The notes under the pieces: model-generated | Told to the model about the DNA's origin: nothing | The model's database searches: none | The model's input: only the letters and a program-made list of their open reading frames with translations | Part shown: positions 63,400-64,000 of the stretch, piece after piece | Layout of the letters: each line of letters opens with the position of its first letter | Position numbering within the stretch: position 1 is the first letter of the stretch | Translations under genes and position numbers: made by a program | NCBI RefSeq assembly: GCF_006345805.1 | Contig: NC_043002.1 | Location: 76,942,001 to 77,006,000, forward strand | DNA: 64,000 nucleotides | Direction: 5' to 3' | From: Octopus sinensis | Lineage: Eukaryota

Positions 63400-64000
63400 T
63401 AATTTAGACACAAGGCCAGCAATTTTGGAGGTAGTGAGTTAGCTAGTATCATCAACCTCAGTACTTGTTGAGTACTTTACTTTATCAACCTTGAGGAATG
63501 AAAGGTAAAGCTGACTTTGAGAGGATTTGAACTCAGAACATAGAGAGCCAGAAGAAATACACAAGGTGCTCTAAATGATTCTGCTTATCCATCACCATTT
63601 GCCATCCACCACAAAATAATAATAATGATTTTTTAAATTTCTACTATAAGCACAAAGCCCGAAATTTTGAGGTAAAGGGCTCATTGATTACACTGCCCCC
63701 CTCCCCAATACATATTTTATTGACCACAAAAGGATGAAGTGCAAAGTTGATCTCAATGGAATTTGAACACAGGATGTAATGAATTGGAAGAAATGCTGCT
63801 AAGCTGTTCTGCTGGGTCACTGCTTTTACATAATAATAATAATAATCCTTTCTATTATAGGCACAAGGCCTGAAATTTGTGGGGAGGGGATAAGTCAATT
63901 ACATCAACCCCAGTACATAACTAGTACTTATTTGATTGACCCCGAAAGGATGAAAGGCAAAGTCGACATCAGTAGAATTTGAACTCAGAACGTAGTGGCA
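63400..64000 (-). mobile_element. Cluster of about three family B SINEs
   Basis: Repeated GGATGAAAGG..AAAGT.GA...GAATTTGAAC.CAG blocks running to the window edge. Confidence 0.75.

Overview
AT-rich eukaryotic genomic DNA, almost certainly intronic or intergenic. From memory, the repeat families look like Octopus (coleoid cephalopod); this is not database-verified. About half of the window is recognisable repeat: two abundant tRNA-derived SINE families (called A and B here; B carries a CORE-like domain), 3' ends of RTE-clade LINEs with (GAT)n tails, CR1/L2-type LINE ends, a Penelope-like GIY-YIG fragment, DD37D (maT) and mariner derivatives, piggyBac-, hAT- and Harbinger-type MITEs, and many microsatellites. 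Nearly all ORFs in the supplied track are microsatellite or transposon artefacts. The only credible host coding signal is a minus-strand exon at 59370-59550, possibly preceded by phase-compatible exons at 60520-60622 and 63031-63193; I do not recognise the protein. The most notable structures are: (1) RTE 3'-end modules repeatedly amplified into simple, dimeric and higher-order tandem arrays (6.0-6.7, 10.6-11.2, 53.6-55.6 and 58.3-59.0 kb); (2) SINE dimers and trimers inserted as single units with long TSDs; (3) a decayed minimal hammerhead-ribozyme motif in a Penelope-like terminal repeat; (4) a 23-bp hairpin that pairs fully only on the minus strand; (5) several local inverted duplications. 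I cannot support a complete novel biological system; the findings are leads.
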